The notes under the pieces: model-generated
Database searches by the model: none
What the model was told of the DNA's origin: nothing
Seen by the model: the letters and a program-made list of their open reading frames with translations, nothing else
From: Macrostomum lignano
Lineage: Eukaryota
DNA length: 64,000 bases
Reading direction: 5' to 3'
Assembly: GCA_002269645.1 (NCBI GenBank)
Contig: NIVC01001960.1
Coordinates: forward strand, 62,001-126,000
In this document: positions 51,501-63,707 of the stretch, piece by piece
Position numbering within the stretch: the stretch's first letter is position 1
Layout of the letters: every line of letters begins with the position of its first letter
Made by a program: the position numbers and the translations under genes

Positions 51501-54500
51501 AACGGCCTGCACCAGAGCCGGTACCAGCACATACAGTATCACCAGAACCAGAACCAGCAGCGCCAGCAACGGCAGTCCAGTCGATCGCTGAGCCGAAGCG
51601 AAAGAACCCCCAGCCAGGCCGGCAGCGGCAGAGGCGGAAGTTTCCGCGTGTCCACAGCCTCCGCCACCAACGCCAGGGTCTCGTGCAGCTTGCTGCAGCC
51701 ACCTCGGGTTGTTGTCGATACGGCGTCCTCCTCCTCGTCCTCGACAGTCCACGCTGACTTTGACGGCGAAGGAAAAACCTACATGGAGGTGACCGAACTG
51801 CGCCCCATTCTCATCACCGGCGCGGGCAACAGCAGCTGCGACAGGTCGTCCGGCCGAGGCGCCTGCAGCCTGTCGTCATCCGAGGCGGACGACGCTGTGT
51901 TTAGCAACGCTGTCTACGCCACCGCTGGCAAAAGTGGGTGACGCGGCTTGGCTGCTCAGGCTGGGCACCTGGGAAAATAACATGACGAGTTCCGGCTGGC
52001 CTAACAACGAATTAAAGCTAATGCTTACAATTTACAGCTTTGAGAGCACTTGCTTTGGGGCTAATAAAACTGCATTTACTCACTTGATAACACATGCGCC
52101 GCTTGAAAAACAAAACCTAACTTTTAAACTATTGTCGCTGATCTAAATATTTTAATGTGTTCAGCTAGCTGGTCTGTGCCGAATTTTCGCTTGGCTTATG
52201 AAAATGAGCTGATAGCAATTTAGAGCCAATACTTTTTTCCCTATCATTTCAGCTGCAACCCTACAGGCGTCCAGCATTGAACCGAGAAACAGCTTTCTTC
52301 GTGTCTCATCCTCGAGTCAGCAAAGGCAACAGCCGCAGCAGTTCCAGCAGCACCAGCAGCAGCAGTTCCAGCAGCCGCAGCAGTTCCAGCAGCACCAGCA
52401 GCAGCAGTTCCAGCAGCCGCAGCAGTTCCAACTTCCACAGAATCGCCAGCAGACTGTTGGATACACAGAGACAGTGTCAAGTCGTCACCAGTCCCACCGC
52501 ATGCAGTTCCAGAGCGGCGGTGGCGATGGCGGAGGCTGGTTGGCGAGCCCCGGCAGCAACAGTCCGAGCCAGCGCTACTCAGGGCACAGCACCGGTGGCG
52601 GCAGCCATTTCGACTTTGATCCGCCATCGCCTGGCGGTATGTTGAAGTTTGTCAACGACACATCTCAGTACTGGTACCTGCCCAACATAAGCCGAGAAGA
52701 AGGTACGGCTTCTCAGCTTAAATTTTCATGCAACTGCGTAAAATTTGCATGGCAAACTGCACTGAATACAGAAACAGTAGAATTCACCACTAGTGTCCCT
52801 CGAAACTAGGCTCCAATGCGATGTATTAAGCTTCAAACGCAGTACATTAAGCTCCATCGCGATGTATTAAGCTTCAAACGCAGTGCATTAAGCTCCATCG
52901 CGATGTATTAAGCTTCAAACGCAGTGCATTAAGCTCCATCGCGATGTATTAAGCTTCAAACGCAGTGCATTAAGCTCCATCGCGATGTATTAAGCTTCAA
53001 ACGCAGTGCATTAAGCTCCATCGCGATGTATTAAGCTTCAAACGCAGTACATTAAGCTCCATCGCGATGTATTAAGCTTCAAACGCAGTACATTAAGCTC
53101 CATCGCGATGTATTAAGCTTCAAACGCAGTGCATTAAGCTCCATCGCGATGTATTAAGCTTCAAACGCAGTGCATTAAGCTCCATCGCGATGTATTAAGC
53201 TTCAAACGCAGTACATTAAGCTCCATCGCGATGTATTAAGCTTCAAACGCAGTGCATTAAGCTCCATCGCGATGTATTAAGCTTCAAACGCAGTACATTA
53301 AGCTCCATCGCGATGTATTAAGCTTCAAACGCAGTGCATTAAGCTCCATCGCGATGTATTAAGCTTCAAACGCAGTGCATTAAGCTCCATCGCGATGTAT
53401 TAAGCTTCAAACGCAGTGCATTAAGCTCCATCGCGATGTATTAAGCTTCAAACGCAGTGCATTAAGCTCCATTGCGATGTATTAAGCTTCCAGGGCAATA
53501 TATTGAGCTCAGACCCTCACTCCAATCCTTCTCCATTCCACTCTTTGCCGATAGCCATCGCCATCCTGAGGCCGCTGCCACCGGGTCGTTTCGTGGTCCG
53601 CGACAGCACCAGCTTCGCCGGCGCCTACGGCCTCGCTGTCAAAGTGGCGGAGGTGCCTCCGGGAGCCCCACCGGCCGATGACGCCAACTCAGCCGCCGAC
53701 GAGCTGGTGCGGCACTTCCTCATCGAACAGACCAGTCGAGGCGTCCGCATCCGCGGCTGCGCCAACGAGCCCGTGTTCGCCTCCCTGGCCGCCCTGATCT
53801 ACCAGCACACGGTGATGCCGCTGGCGCTGCCCTGTCGCCTGGAACTGCCGCCGACAGACGCCCAGAGTGATGCGCTTGACTCGGCGGATACTAGCCTGGA
53901 TCCCCGGGTCATCCTAGAGCACGGAGCAGGTTGGTTCAATCAGTTATGAGTCCTGCTCAATCCCCCAGTCAGCTTGAAATTCAGATTCCGACTCATTCCA
54001 GATCCTAGACTCATCCCAGATCCTGGACTCATTCCACATCCTGGACTCATTCCAGATCCTGGACTCATCCCAGATCCTGGACTCATCCCAGATCCTGGAC
54101 TCATCCCAGATCCTGGACTCATCCCAGATCCTGGACTCATTCCAGATCCTGGACTCATCCCAGATCCTGGACTCATTCCACATCCTGGACTCATTCTACA
54201 TCCTGGACTCATTCCACATCCTAGACTCATTCCACATCCTAGACTCATTCCACATCCTAGACTCATTCCACATCCTGGACTCATTCCACATCCTAGACTC
54301 ATTCCACATCCTAGACTCATTCCACATCCTAGACTCATTCCACATCCTAGACTCATTCCACATCCTAGACTCATTCCACATCCTGGACTCATTCCACATC
54401 CTAGACTCATTCCACATCCTAGACTCATTCCACATCCTAGACTCATTCCACATCCTAGACTCATTCCACATCCTAGACTCATTCCACATCCTAGACTCAT

Positions 54501-55496
54501 TCCACATCCTAAGCTCATTCCACATCTTAGACTCATTCCACATCCTAGACTCATTCCACATCCTAGACTCATTCCACATCCTAGACTCATTCCACATCCT
54601 AGACTCATTCCACATCCTAGACTCATTCCACATCCTAAGCTCATTCCACATCCTGGACTCATTCCACATCCTAAGCTCATTCCACATCCTAAGCTCATTC
54701 CACATCCTAGACTCATTCCACATTCTAGACTCATTCCGCATCCTAGACTCATTCCACATCCTAAGCTCATTCCACATCCTAAGCTCATTCCACATCCTAG
54801 ACTCATTCCACATTCTAGACTCATTCCGCATCCTGGACTCATTCCACATCCTGGACTATACTCATTTCGCACCCCAACCCACCGAACCGCCTGCCAGCAT
54901 GCAGCGTGCTGTACATCGGCGCGGTGGACATCGAGTCTCTCACCGGATCCGGCGGCCTGTCCCGCGGCGCGGATGCACTTCTGCGCCATCGAGAGCGGCT
55001 GCGCACCTGCGTCTGCCAGCTAAAGGTTGCCCGCGACGGGATCAGCCTGACCGACCACGCTAGGCGGCAGTTCTTCCGGAAGCACTACCCGACTGCCTGC
55101 GTGCTGTACAGCGGCATGGTGCCGGGCGGCCGCAGGTCAGTGCATCGGGGTAGATTTAAGCCTACTAACTCACTGGGGATGATTAACTATCATGGCAACC
55201 GCGTGCTCATTTCAGCTTTGAATCCGAAGAGTCCAGAGCAAGAGGACTGGCTCATCCAAAGTAAGTTAAAAATACTAAATTACTGTTCTAGAGGATTTCA
55301 TTTTTAAAGGATCCACGAATGGTTACAAATAAGCAGTAATCGAACCACCGACCTCCTATTCAGGCTGTTCGGCTTCGTAGCCCGGAAGAACACGAACAGC
55401 CAAGAGAATACGGCGGTCATCCTGTGCGAGATCGAAGAGCACCAGCCGGCTGAGGCCGTGGTTCGCTTCGTCTGCAAGTACCTGGTTGGCCGGTAG
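48531..55496 (+). CDS. TNS: Tensin-family SH2-PTB adaptor, 9 coding exons, about 1170 aa
   Basis: Exons: 48531-48876, 49168-49749, 50158 (or 50122)-50285, 50410-51013, 51283-51933, 52253-52702, 53555-53929, 54898-55135, 55364-55496, all phase-consistent. SH2: VNDTSQYWYLPNISREEAIAIL..FVVRDSTSFAGAYGLAVKV..ELVRHFLIE..LALPCRL. PTB: GAACSVLYIGAVDIESLTG..FFRKHYP..LFGFVARK. Additional upstream exons cannot be excluded. Confidence 0.93.
52820..53480. repeat. 41-bp minisatellite in the tensin intron that splits the SH2 domain
   Basis: Unit gctccatcgcgatgtattaagcttcaaacgcagtgcattaa. Confidence 0.95.
53990..54855. repeat. 18-bp minisatellite in the tensin SH2-PTB intron
   Basis: Unit actcattccacatcctag. 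It is the source of the 349-aa ORFs on both strands. Confidence 0.95.
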
Positions 55497-55659
55497 GGGG
55501 TCCGAGCGCGAAGGCTTTCCCGCGGAATTTCCACGGATTAACCAGCGGAATGCGCCTCTTCCCCTGCCTTACGGACGACTTTTGATTGAGTCAATTTTCC
55601 GATTGTTAGCTGTGACTAGCGCGTCTTTTCAGAGAAGACTCGACCGTCTGGCCTATACC

Positions 55660-56600
55660 CTCCACCTCGGTCTACACCCTCCTCGGCCTACACCCTCCTC
55701 GGTCTACACCCTCCTCGGTCTACACCCTTCTTGGTCTACATCCTTCTTGGTCTACACCCTTCTTGGACTACACCCTCCTCGGTCTACACCCTCCTCAGTC
55801 TACACCCTCCTCGGTCTACACCCTCCTCGGTCTACACCCTCCTCGGCCTACACCCTTCTTGGTCTACACCCTTCTTGGACTACACCCTCCTCGGTCTACA
55901 CCCTCCTCAGTCTACACCCTCCTCAGTCTACACCCTCCTCGGCCTACACCCTTCTTGGTCTACACCCTTCTTAGTCTACACCCTTCTTGGACTACATCCT
56001 CCTCGGTCTACACCCTCCTCGGTCTACACCCTCCTCGGTCTATATCCTCCTCATTCTACACCCTTCTTGGACTACATCCTCCTCGGTCTACACCCTCCTC
56101 AGTCTACACCCTCCTCGGTCTACACCCTCCTCGGTCTACACCCTCCTCGACCTACACCCTTCTTGGTCTACACCCTCCTCGGTCTACACCCTCCTCGGTC
56201 TACACCTTCCTCGGCCTACACCCTTCTTGGTCTACACCCTTCTTGGACTACACCCTCCTCGGTCTACACCCTCCTCAGTCTACACCCTTCTCGGACTACA
56301 CCCTCCTCGGTCTACACCCTCCTCAGTCTACACCCTCCTCGGTCTACACCCTCCTCGGTCTACACCCTCCTCGGTCTACACCTTCCTCGGCCTACACCCT
56401 TCTTGGTCTACACCCTTCTTGGACTACACCCTCCTCGGTCTACACCCTCCTCAGTCTACACCCTCCTCGGTCTACATCCTCCTCGGTCTACACCCTCCTC
56501 GGTCTACACCCTCCTCGGTCTACACCCTCCTCCGCCTACACCCTTCTTGGTCTACATCCTCCTCGGTCTACACCCTCCTCGGTCTACACCCTCCTTGGGC
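55660..56600. repeat. 16-bp minisatellite downstream of the tensin stop
   Basis: Unit ctacaccctcctcggt. Confidence 0.95.
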
Positions 56601-57708
56601 TACACTCTCTTCAGCTGGTCTCTTTACCCTTATCCGTTTCTACAGCACGGATTTGCACAGAGTAGAAATACTCATACAAAGAGTAAAAAGTACGATTGCT
56701 GAATCAAACACAAAGACTATTATATAAAAATGGCCAGTGCAGGTCTTGGCCTGGCATAGCTAGAAAGTGAAGGTAAAAATGACCCTATTTCAATGCGATA
56801 CAATTTACATGTATTATTTATTGCACTATGAATGAGCGCCTTGCAGTTCCTATCTTTATACCGTGACGTTTAAATCTTTGAGTTTTGTTATACTATTTTG
56901 TGATCAATTCACTTTTTTTCCCTATTACTTCAATAGTAAAATTGGGCTATCTGTGTATTTTACTTAAAAACTGCCTTCACTGATACAGCCACTGTCTACT
57001 CTACAGTTCATTTCATACACCGTGCTGCTGAGCGCGCGGTCGCGGCCATATTCCATGCTTGAGTTCCACTGTACAGCCCTGCCCGTACTCTGGCATTCAT
57101 TAGCTTTTGTTTTCTTCAATTTAGGACCTAAATAAATATATCCATTCAAGCTGCTTGATATAAACTAATAATTTATTACATCATTTTATGTATATTGAAG
57201 TGTTCATTAACAAAACAAATGGTGTGTAGATTACGTAAAAAACTTTTTTTCAATATACCAGTATAATAGCAGGTGAAAAATTGTCAATTTTCAGCTCTTA
57301 AAATGAAGGTTTCCTTCATCGATATGTACTGCTTTCTTAACCGAAATTTATCCCCTAGCTTCCTCTTTCAAGCCCAGTAACTAACAGATTTCCTTGACAA
57401 AGATTTTATTAACTACTCATAAATCATTTAGACCGATTTACGAGCTATCTTGGCCAGTAGGTCTATTTTAAGCTCCTAATTGAGGGTGAAGAAATTTTTT
57501 AATGAAAAAAATTATGGGAAATTCGCAGACAAAAATTACTAATAGAAAATGAGCAAAATAATTAAGTTATTATACAATATGCTACATATACGTTGAAATT
57601 AATCTTGTAACTACGGCCTGTGACATGACATGTGAAGTGACATGACATTATCACTTTCAGCAATCTCTTCCAAGATTCGCTACTGATTGCCAAAGCTCAC
57701 AACAGCTG

Positions 57709-59757
57709 TTAGTTGCCAAGCCGCTCATTGCGGCGCTTCTCGCGGAAAAACAGCAGCACGGCCGCCCCACCGAACAGAAAGGCCAGCAGGATGCTGATGG
57801 CTATCAGTAGGTAGTTGGCCGGGCCCAGCACCAGACTGTCGCTCTGCGGTACGGCTGCGGAGTCATTGTCGGAGGCGGTTGCGGAGGGGTTGTGGAGGGG
57901 TTGTTGAGGGGGTTGTGGAGGGGTTGCGGAGGGGTTGCGGAGGGGTTGCAAAGGGGTTGCGAAGGGGTTGCGGAGGAGTTGCGGAGAGGGTTGCGGAGGG
58001 GTTGTGGATGGGGGTTCTGGAAGATATCTGTTGAGGGGTTTGTGGAAGATATTGTTGAGGGGTTTGTGGAAGATATTGTTGAGGGGATTGTGGATGGGGG
58101 TTGTGGAAGATATTTGTTGAGGGGGTTGTGGAAGATATTTGTTGAGGGGGTTGTGGATGGGGGTTCTGGAAGATATTTGTTGAGGGGGTTGTGGAAGATA
58201 TTTGTTGAGGGGGTTGTGGATGGGGGTTCTGGAAGATATTTGTTGAGGGGGTTGTGGAAGATATTTGTTGAGGGGGTTGTGGATGGGGGTTCTGGAAGAG
58301 GGTTATTGATGGGGTTGTGGAGGGAATTGTAGAGAGGACACCTGACCAGATGGGGGAGAAACACAGGGGGAGAAACTCACGAACTGCAACGCAACGGAAG
58401 CGAGCGCTGAAGCCGCGGTGCGGTGTGGGGTCCAGAGGGTCGAAAACGTCAGTCTGGAAGCTGACTAGCAGGTGTTTTCTAGTGCTGATAGTAGTATTCT
58501 TTTCTCCGCTAGCACATTTATTGCCGCACTTCTGAGCATATCGGTGGTCCCACAGGCGCTTTCCTGGGCAGGTTTGGTTCGAGAAACTGCACTCGAGAAG
58601 AACACAACATAAATTTCTATTGATTCCGGTGCTTTATAGGCCTCTGCCCAAAATACTGAACTTATCATGTTACAAATGATTTTTTGCTCCTATGATTATC
58701 ATAATCATTCGGTGAGCACTCTTGGTCCTTCAGAGGGAGGGAACTCCTTCTGGTCCTTCAGCAGGCACTCCTTTTGATCCTTCAGCAAGCACTCCTTTGG
58801 TCCTTCAGCAAGCACTCCTTTTGGTCCTTCAGCAAGCACTCCTTTTGATCCTTCAGCAAGCACTCCTTTTGGTCCTTCAGCAAGCACTCCTTTTGATCCT
58901 TCAGCAAGCACTCCTTTTGATCCTTCAGCAAGCACTCCTTTTGATCCTTCAGCAAGCACTCCTTTTGATCCTTCAGCAAGCACTCCTTGGTCCTTCAGCA
59001 AGCACTCCTTGGTCCTTCAGCAAGCACTCCTTTTGGTCCTTCAGCGAGCACTCCTAGGTCAGTTGTCCTTGCATCAAGGCAACCACACTCCTGGTTTCTC
59101 ACACCCTTCCGGTGTTTCTACCGCTCACCGTCCTTAATTTCCAGGAAATCCTTGGTGCAAGACGGACTGTCCTGCAAGTCATAGTCCAGCACCTCGAACT
59201 CCACACGATAGTCCACGTTGGGAATCGGATTGGAAGGGTCGCCGCAGTTGCAGGCCGACAGGACCCAGCGGCAGACGATGTTGCTGTAGCGGTTGAGGTT
59301 ATAAAGTGATCCATATTAGCATTTTAATAATAGGAATACCGGAGCAACAAAGTCATCTAAGCCTTCTCGAGAAATAAGAGCATTGCATGGCATGGTAGCC
59401 CCGCCAAAAAGTACATGCAGACTCAGACTCACTTGGGATAGTATCCCGGATATTTGGGGCTGGAAATGATCTGATCAGCCGCGGTCGCATACAACTGGAA
59501 GTAGTCCGCGCAGCTGCCCCTGTTCGCAGTTTCATCGCATGGATCCCTGGCGTTAGAGGTGTATTCACCTGTGGGCGCAAGGTGAGTACATGAGCAGGGG
59601 CTGGTCAGTGCTGATTACTCATATACAACTCGTATACAACGCCTCTGTTCAATGGCAAAGTCCCAAAACAGCTGAACTTACATTCTTCCGCTTCGGTCAT
59701 GGAGGTCACACAGAGCAGGCAGTAGAAAGTGCAGAAATTAATCCAACGAATTCTCAT
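57709..59757 (-). CDS. Single-CUB-domain type I membrane protein (paralogue B), 5 exons, about 285 aa
   Basis: Exons: 59682-59757 (signal MRIRWINFCTFYCLLCVTSMTEA), 59433-59568 (..IISSPKYPGYYP), 59129-59283 (NNIVCRW..DYDLQDSPSCTKDFLEIKDG), 58381-58563 (KCG..LLVSFQTD..GFSARF) and about 57709-58016 (P/T stalk, TM, REKRR tail). The acceptor of the last exon is uncertain. Confidence 0.85.
57880..58320. repeat. GT-rich/CA-rich degenerate repeat at the CUB-B stalk exon boundary
   Basis: gagggggttgtggaagatatttgtt-like units. Confidence 0.85.
58710..59050. repeat. 24-bp minisatellite in CUB-B intron 3
   Basis: Unit ggtccttcagcaagcactcctttt. Confidence 0.95.
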
Positions 59758-60469
59758 GATAAAATTTCGGCGTTTGCAGCTCCTGGTTCCTTCTGAGTTG
59801 ATGCTTCCAGAGTCAGGTTCTCAAGCTGAACTGCTCACGTGAGTTAAACTGCTTCATCTAACTAGCTCTCGCAAAAATGTTGAGCTAAGCTTTGCAGAAA
59901 GATCCACCCCTAAACTCAGCAAGCCTCAAATCCCTTTGTTACCATGGCAACAAGCCCCCTTTGTCTTCCCCATGCGCAATGTCCTTCTCCCCCTCCCCCA
60001 CTCTTTCACTTTTCTTTTCTCTGCTCCCAGCCACGCAGGCAGGGGACGGGCTGGGAGGCAGTGAACTCAGGACACTCACTGAAGGAGAGAAATAGTTTGA
60101 TGGAGCGCCCAGCTGCACTCCGGGTAGAAGAGACGGGAAAAAACACACTGGGAAGACATTTAGTTGGGATTGAGTTGGGAAGAAACTTTGCGTTGCATTG
60201 GGATTTTGACTGGTAGACTCAATTTCAGACGCAAGATGCTTCATCAAGGATTCATAGTAGTTCCTAGATGTCACACTTCAGTTAGAGCAGCCTCAGTAGT
60301 ACGTTGTTAAATGTGAAGCTTTCAAAAGAAGAAGATTGTCTCTAGCTGTACAGCAAACTGCACAGAGTCACCAAGATAGTAAAGGTTAAAATTTTACTGC
60401 CAAAAAGTTGGGCTCAAGCGGCATGCCTAAAATTGAAGTTTGACGCTGCTGTTGACGAGTGAGATTTTG

Positions 60470-60810
60470 AGGATAAGAGGGAGAGATTAGGGGTGAGATT
60501 GAGTGTGAGAGGGAAGGTGAGATTAGAGGTGAGGTTAAGTGTAACAGGAAGAGATTAGGGTGAAATAGAGTGGGAGAAAGTGAGATTAGAAGTGAAATTG
60601 AGTATGAAAGGGAGGGAGAGAGAGATTAGGGTGAGATTGAGTGTGAGAGGGAGAGAAACATTAGGGTGAGATTGAGTGTGATAGAGAAGGTGAGATCACA
60701 AGTGAGATTCAGTACGAGAGGGCGCTTAAGATTAATGTGACAGTGAAGACGAGAGAAAGGATGAGATTAGGGTGAGATTAAGTGTGAGAGCGAGGATGAG
60801 ATTAGGAATT
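60470..60810. repeat. Degenerate purine-rich repeat
   Basis: gagattagggtgagattgagtgtga-like units. Confidence 0.7.
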
Positions 60811-61429
60811 AGTGGGACAACAGATATATTTTGAGCCACCCAAATGAAGCAATTATAATAATTGATTTTAAACGTGATCAGTGCTTCAATTGCCAACTCA
60901 ATGCTTTTCCCGCTTGCCAAAGTGCACTCGTCATGCCAGTTGGTATCCCTAATTGAGTGCGCAGGCTTGGCAAGTACATCCAGCCTTGCAGCGGGATCGG
61001 GCAGTCTGGCAGCTGCCTGAGGGGGGGCCGAGGCCGCACATCTGCCCGGCTTTCAAGAATTAGGGACACCAGAAGCGAGAGAAAGATTGATAGAGACAGC
61101 TGTTGATGTTTGACACGATGATTACGTATTGGGTTTCCCCCCGAGGCGTTAGGGGCATTGTTAAGGCATCACTGCCCCTGGGCCTGGGTGGCCGGGGCCT
61201 GGCCGGGGATTTATGGGCGGACAAGGGGGCAGTACAGAAAAAGCCGCCTTCATGATCCAGCTGCTGATAGTGCACCGCATCTGATGCAGCTTGTCTCCTT
61301 AGTCTTTTAAAATGATTCTCGAGTTTTTGAAACTGACAATAACTGTGCTTTTTTTGTGCACTTGTAGGCAGAATTGTTCGCGCCTGTACACTTCTGCGTA
61401 TCGGAGAGATCTACTCCCCACCAGCCTGC

Positions 61430-61760
61430 CTAACTACTTAACCACCTATCTACCTACCTGTATATCTATCTACCCAACTATCCACCTATCTACCTACCTG
61501 TATATCTATCTACCCAACTATCCATCTATCTACCTACCTGTATATCTATCTACCCAACTATCCATCTATCTACCTACCTGTATATCTATCTACCCTCCTA
61601 TCCACCTATCTACCTACCTGTATATCTATCTACCCTCCTATTCACCTATCTACCTACCTGTATATCTATCTACCCACCTATCCATCTATCTACCTACCTG
61701 TATATCTATCTACCCACCTATCCATCTATCTACCTACCTGTATATCTATCTACCCATCTG
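61430..61760. repeat. 40-bp tandem repeat built from ATCT/ACCT tetramers
   Basis: Unit atctatctacctacctgtatatctatctacccaactatcc. Confidence 0.9.
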
Positions 61761-61966
61761 CCTACTTTGACTGTTACTGAAACTGAGCTAGCTACTATAG
61801 AAAACTGTCAACTTTTTCAATGTTAGGCAGTTCTTAAGCACTTTAATTGTAATTGCTGTTTAGAAATTTATTTGTAAAAAATTTATTTGTTATATCTCTC
61901 AGACGATGTTTCTTTTTTAGCTATTGAAAAACATTAGTATGCATCAGTTTCGAACTACTAGGCTGG

Positions 61967-63343
61967 TTATTTGAGCAGCCTGTGGTTTCTGTTGTGCTCT
62001 CGGACCGCCAGCACGGAGGCCGCAGCGGTGAAGATGGCGAGCAGGCAGCAGCTGGCCGCAATCAGCAGGTAGTTGGCCAGGCCCAGCACCAGCGCGTCCG
62101 TCACGGTTGTCTCTGCGGAATTCATTGCGGCATGATCGGCTGTTTTTGCTGAACAACAACAACAACAGAAGCAACAGCAGCAACAACAACAACAAGGAAG
62201 CACATTCCCACTCTGATTCCGCTGACAGGGGCTCGCGCTCACTGCGATGCCATAGTAGCCGATATAAACTGTTCCCTGTATCTATATACAAACAGAGGCA
62301 GGGGCTGTGCGCTCTGGCGCACTTCAGACGACATTGTCACACAACCGGCGAGAGGCATTGCTGCCCATTCCGCCGACTCCCCTGGGCAGGCACACAAGCG
62401 CGCGGATACGTACGCAGTCATACGCACAGGCACACACTCACACAGGAGTGTACAGCGGCCCTAACTTTATTTATCGTTAGGCATGTACACTTCACTGTGC
62501 CTTGGGGTTTGGCCCTAAAGACCGTTAATTGCACGAGCAGAGCCAAGCCGGGATTCCAATTCAGCCCCAAATTCATGTGACTGCACTTGAAATCGAGCCT
62601 GGGCCGCTGGCACATCAGAGCACCGCGCCAGACCACTGAGTCACGACCCCTTATTCCCTGTAGCTAAACATTTGCAGCAAGTTGCCAGAGCATCGATAGA
62701 TTCAAATTAATTACTCAAATTTCTTAGTTTTCAGCCCTGAATTCAAATTCTTCAGAGGTACCAAACTTTCAGTAATAGAATCTGGATCGATCTCTCCTTT
62801 GAGAAAAGAGACTCAAAACAGGGCTATCATATTCTGCTGTCAATTAAACAAAAAGTCAGAAAATTGAATGTTCATTTTCTGCTTATACTACTTGCACATC
62901 GATGCTAGAGTAATAAAAACCGAACAGGACAACAAAAAAGAAAGACAAATGTCAGAAATTATTCAAATTCGTTCGAAACCGACTACGGAAAATCAAGCAT
63001 GACTGCTCAGATTTGTTTGCAGCCAGCCACCATGCCCATTCCACTGACCACTGCCTTGGGGCTTGGCTCTAAAAGACTGGTTTATATTACCCACAGCAGC
63101 TCCGCAGATTACAGATTGCTCAAACCAATTCTAAAACGGGACTTCGCAGCAGCTTACCGAGCTCAACACAACGATAGCGCGCCTGAAAGCCCCGATATTT
63201 CTGCGGCTGTCTCGCGTTGAACACATCGGTCTGGAAAGTGACCAGCAGGTGCAAACCGGTGCTCTGCGTGAGGTTGTTGCTGTTGCCTTTGACGCAGCTG
63301 TTGCCGCAGTATTGCCCAAACGAGTGGGCCCATAGGCGCTTTC
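61967..63343 (-). CDS. CUB-transmembrane paralogue A, last two exons (5' exons not found in the window)
   Basis: Exon 63158-63343 reads GKRLWAHSFGQYCGNSC..LLVTFQTDVF..GFQARYRCVE. Exon 61967-62148 reads ..LVLGLANYLLIAASCCLLAIFTAAASVLAV-REHNR. The phase 1 junction and motifs match paralogue B. Confidence 0.85.
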
Positions 63344-63379
63344 CTGTGAGGGCAATAAGTGCATCAAATGACGTCATTA

Positions 63380-63707
63380 GCAGTAGAACTACCAAAAGGG
63401 GGAATCCCTCTCTTCACAATTTTTTGCTTCACCGGAACGGAGCAACGCAGGCACAAGAAATTCCAGACCACGGGCTGACTTTTTGCTGCGCACCTTCTGA
63501 AACAATAATCAAGTCGCCAACCCTCCGGACCGTCAAGATATTCAACAATTCTGTCAAATGGTCGAATTTTTCCCATAAGCGCTAGTGTATTCAGTACACC
63601 CCTGTGCGCCAATCAGCACTGCGCCTCGGTGCGGCCTTGCAAAGCCCCCAAATTTCATCAGCACGTGGACCGCATGTGTCTGCATCAGCTCTGACTTCGT
63701 TGGTCAC
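63380..63707. mobile_element. Interspersed repeat, copy 2 (inverse of 6984-7250)
   Basis: Reverse-complement match to copy 1, with terminus cagtagaactacc. Confidence 0.6.

Noticed and set aside
53940-56727. GCGMSL, LIPHPR and YTLLGLHPP repeat ORFs
   Set aside because: They are translations of 18-bp and 16-bp minisatellites in a tensin intron and downstream of its stop.
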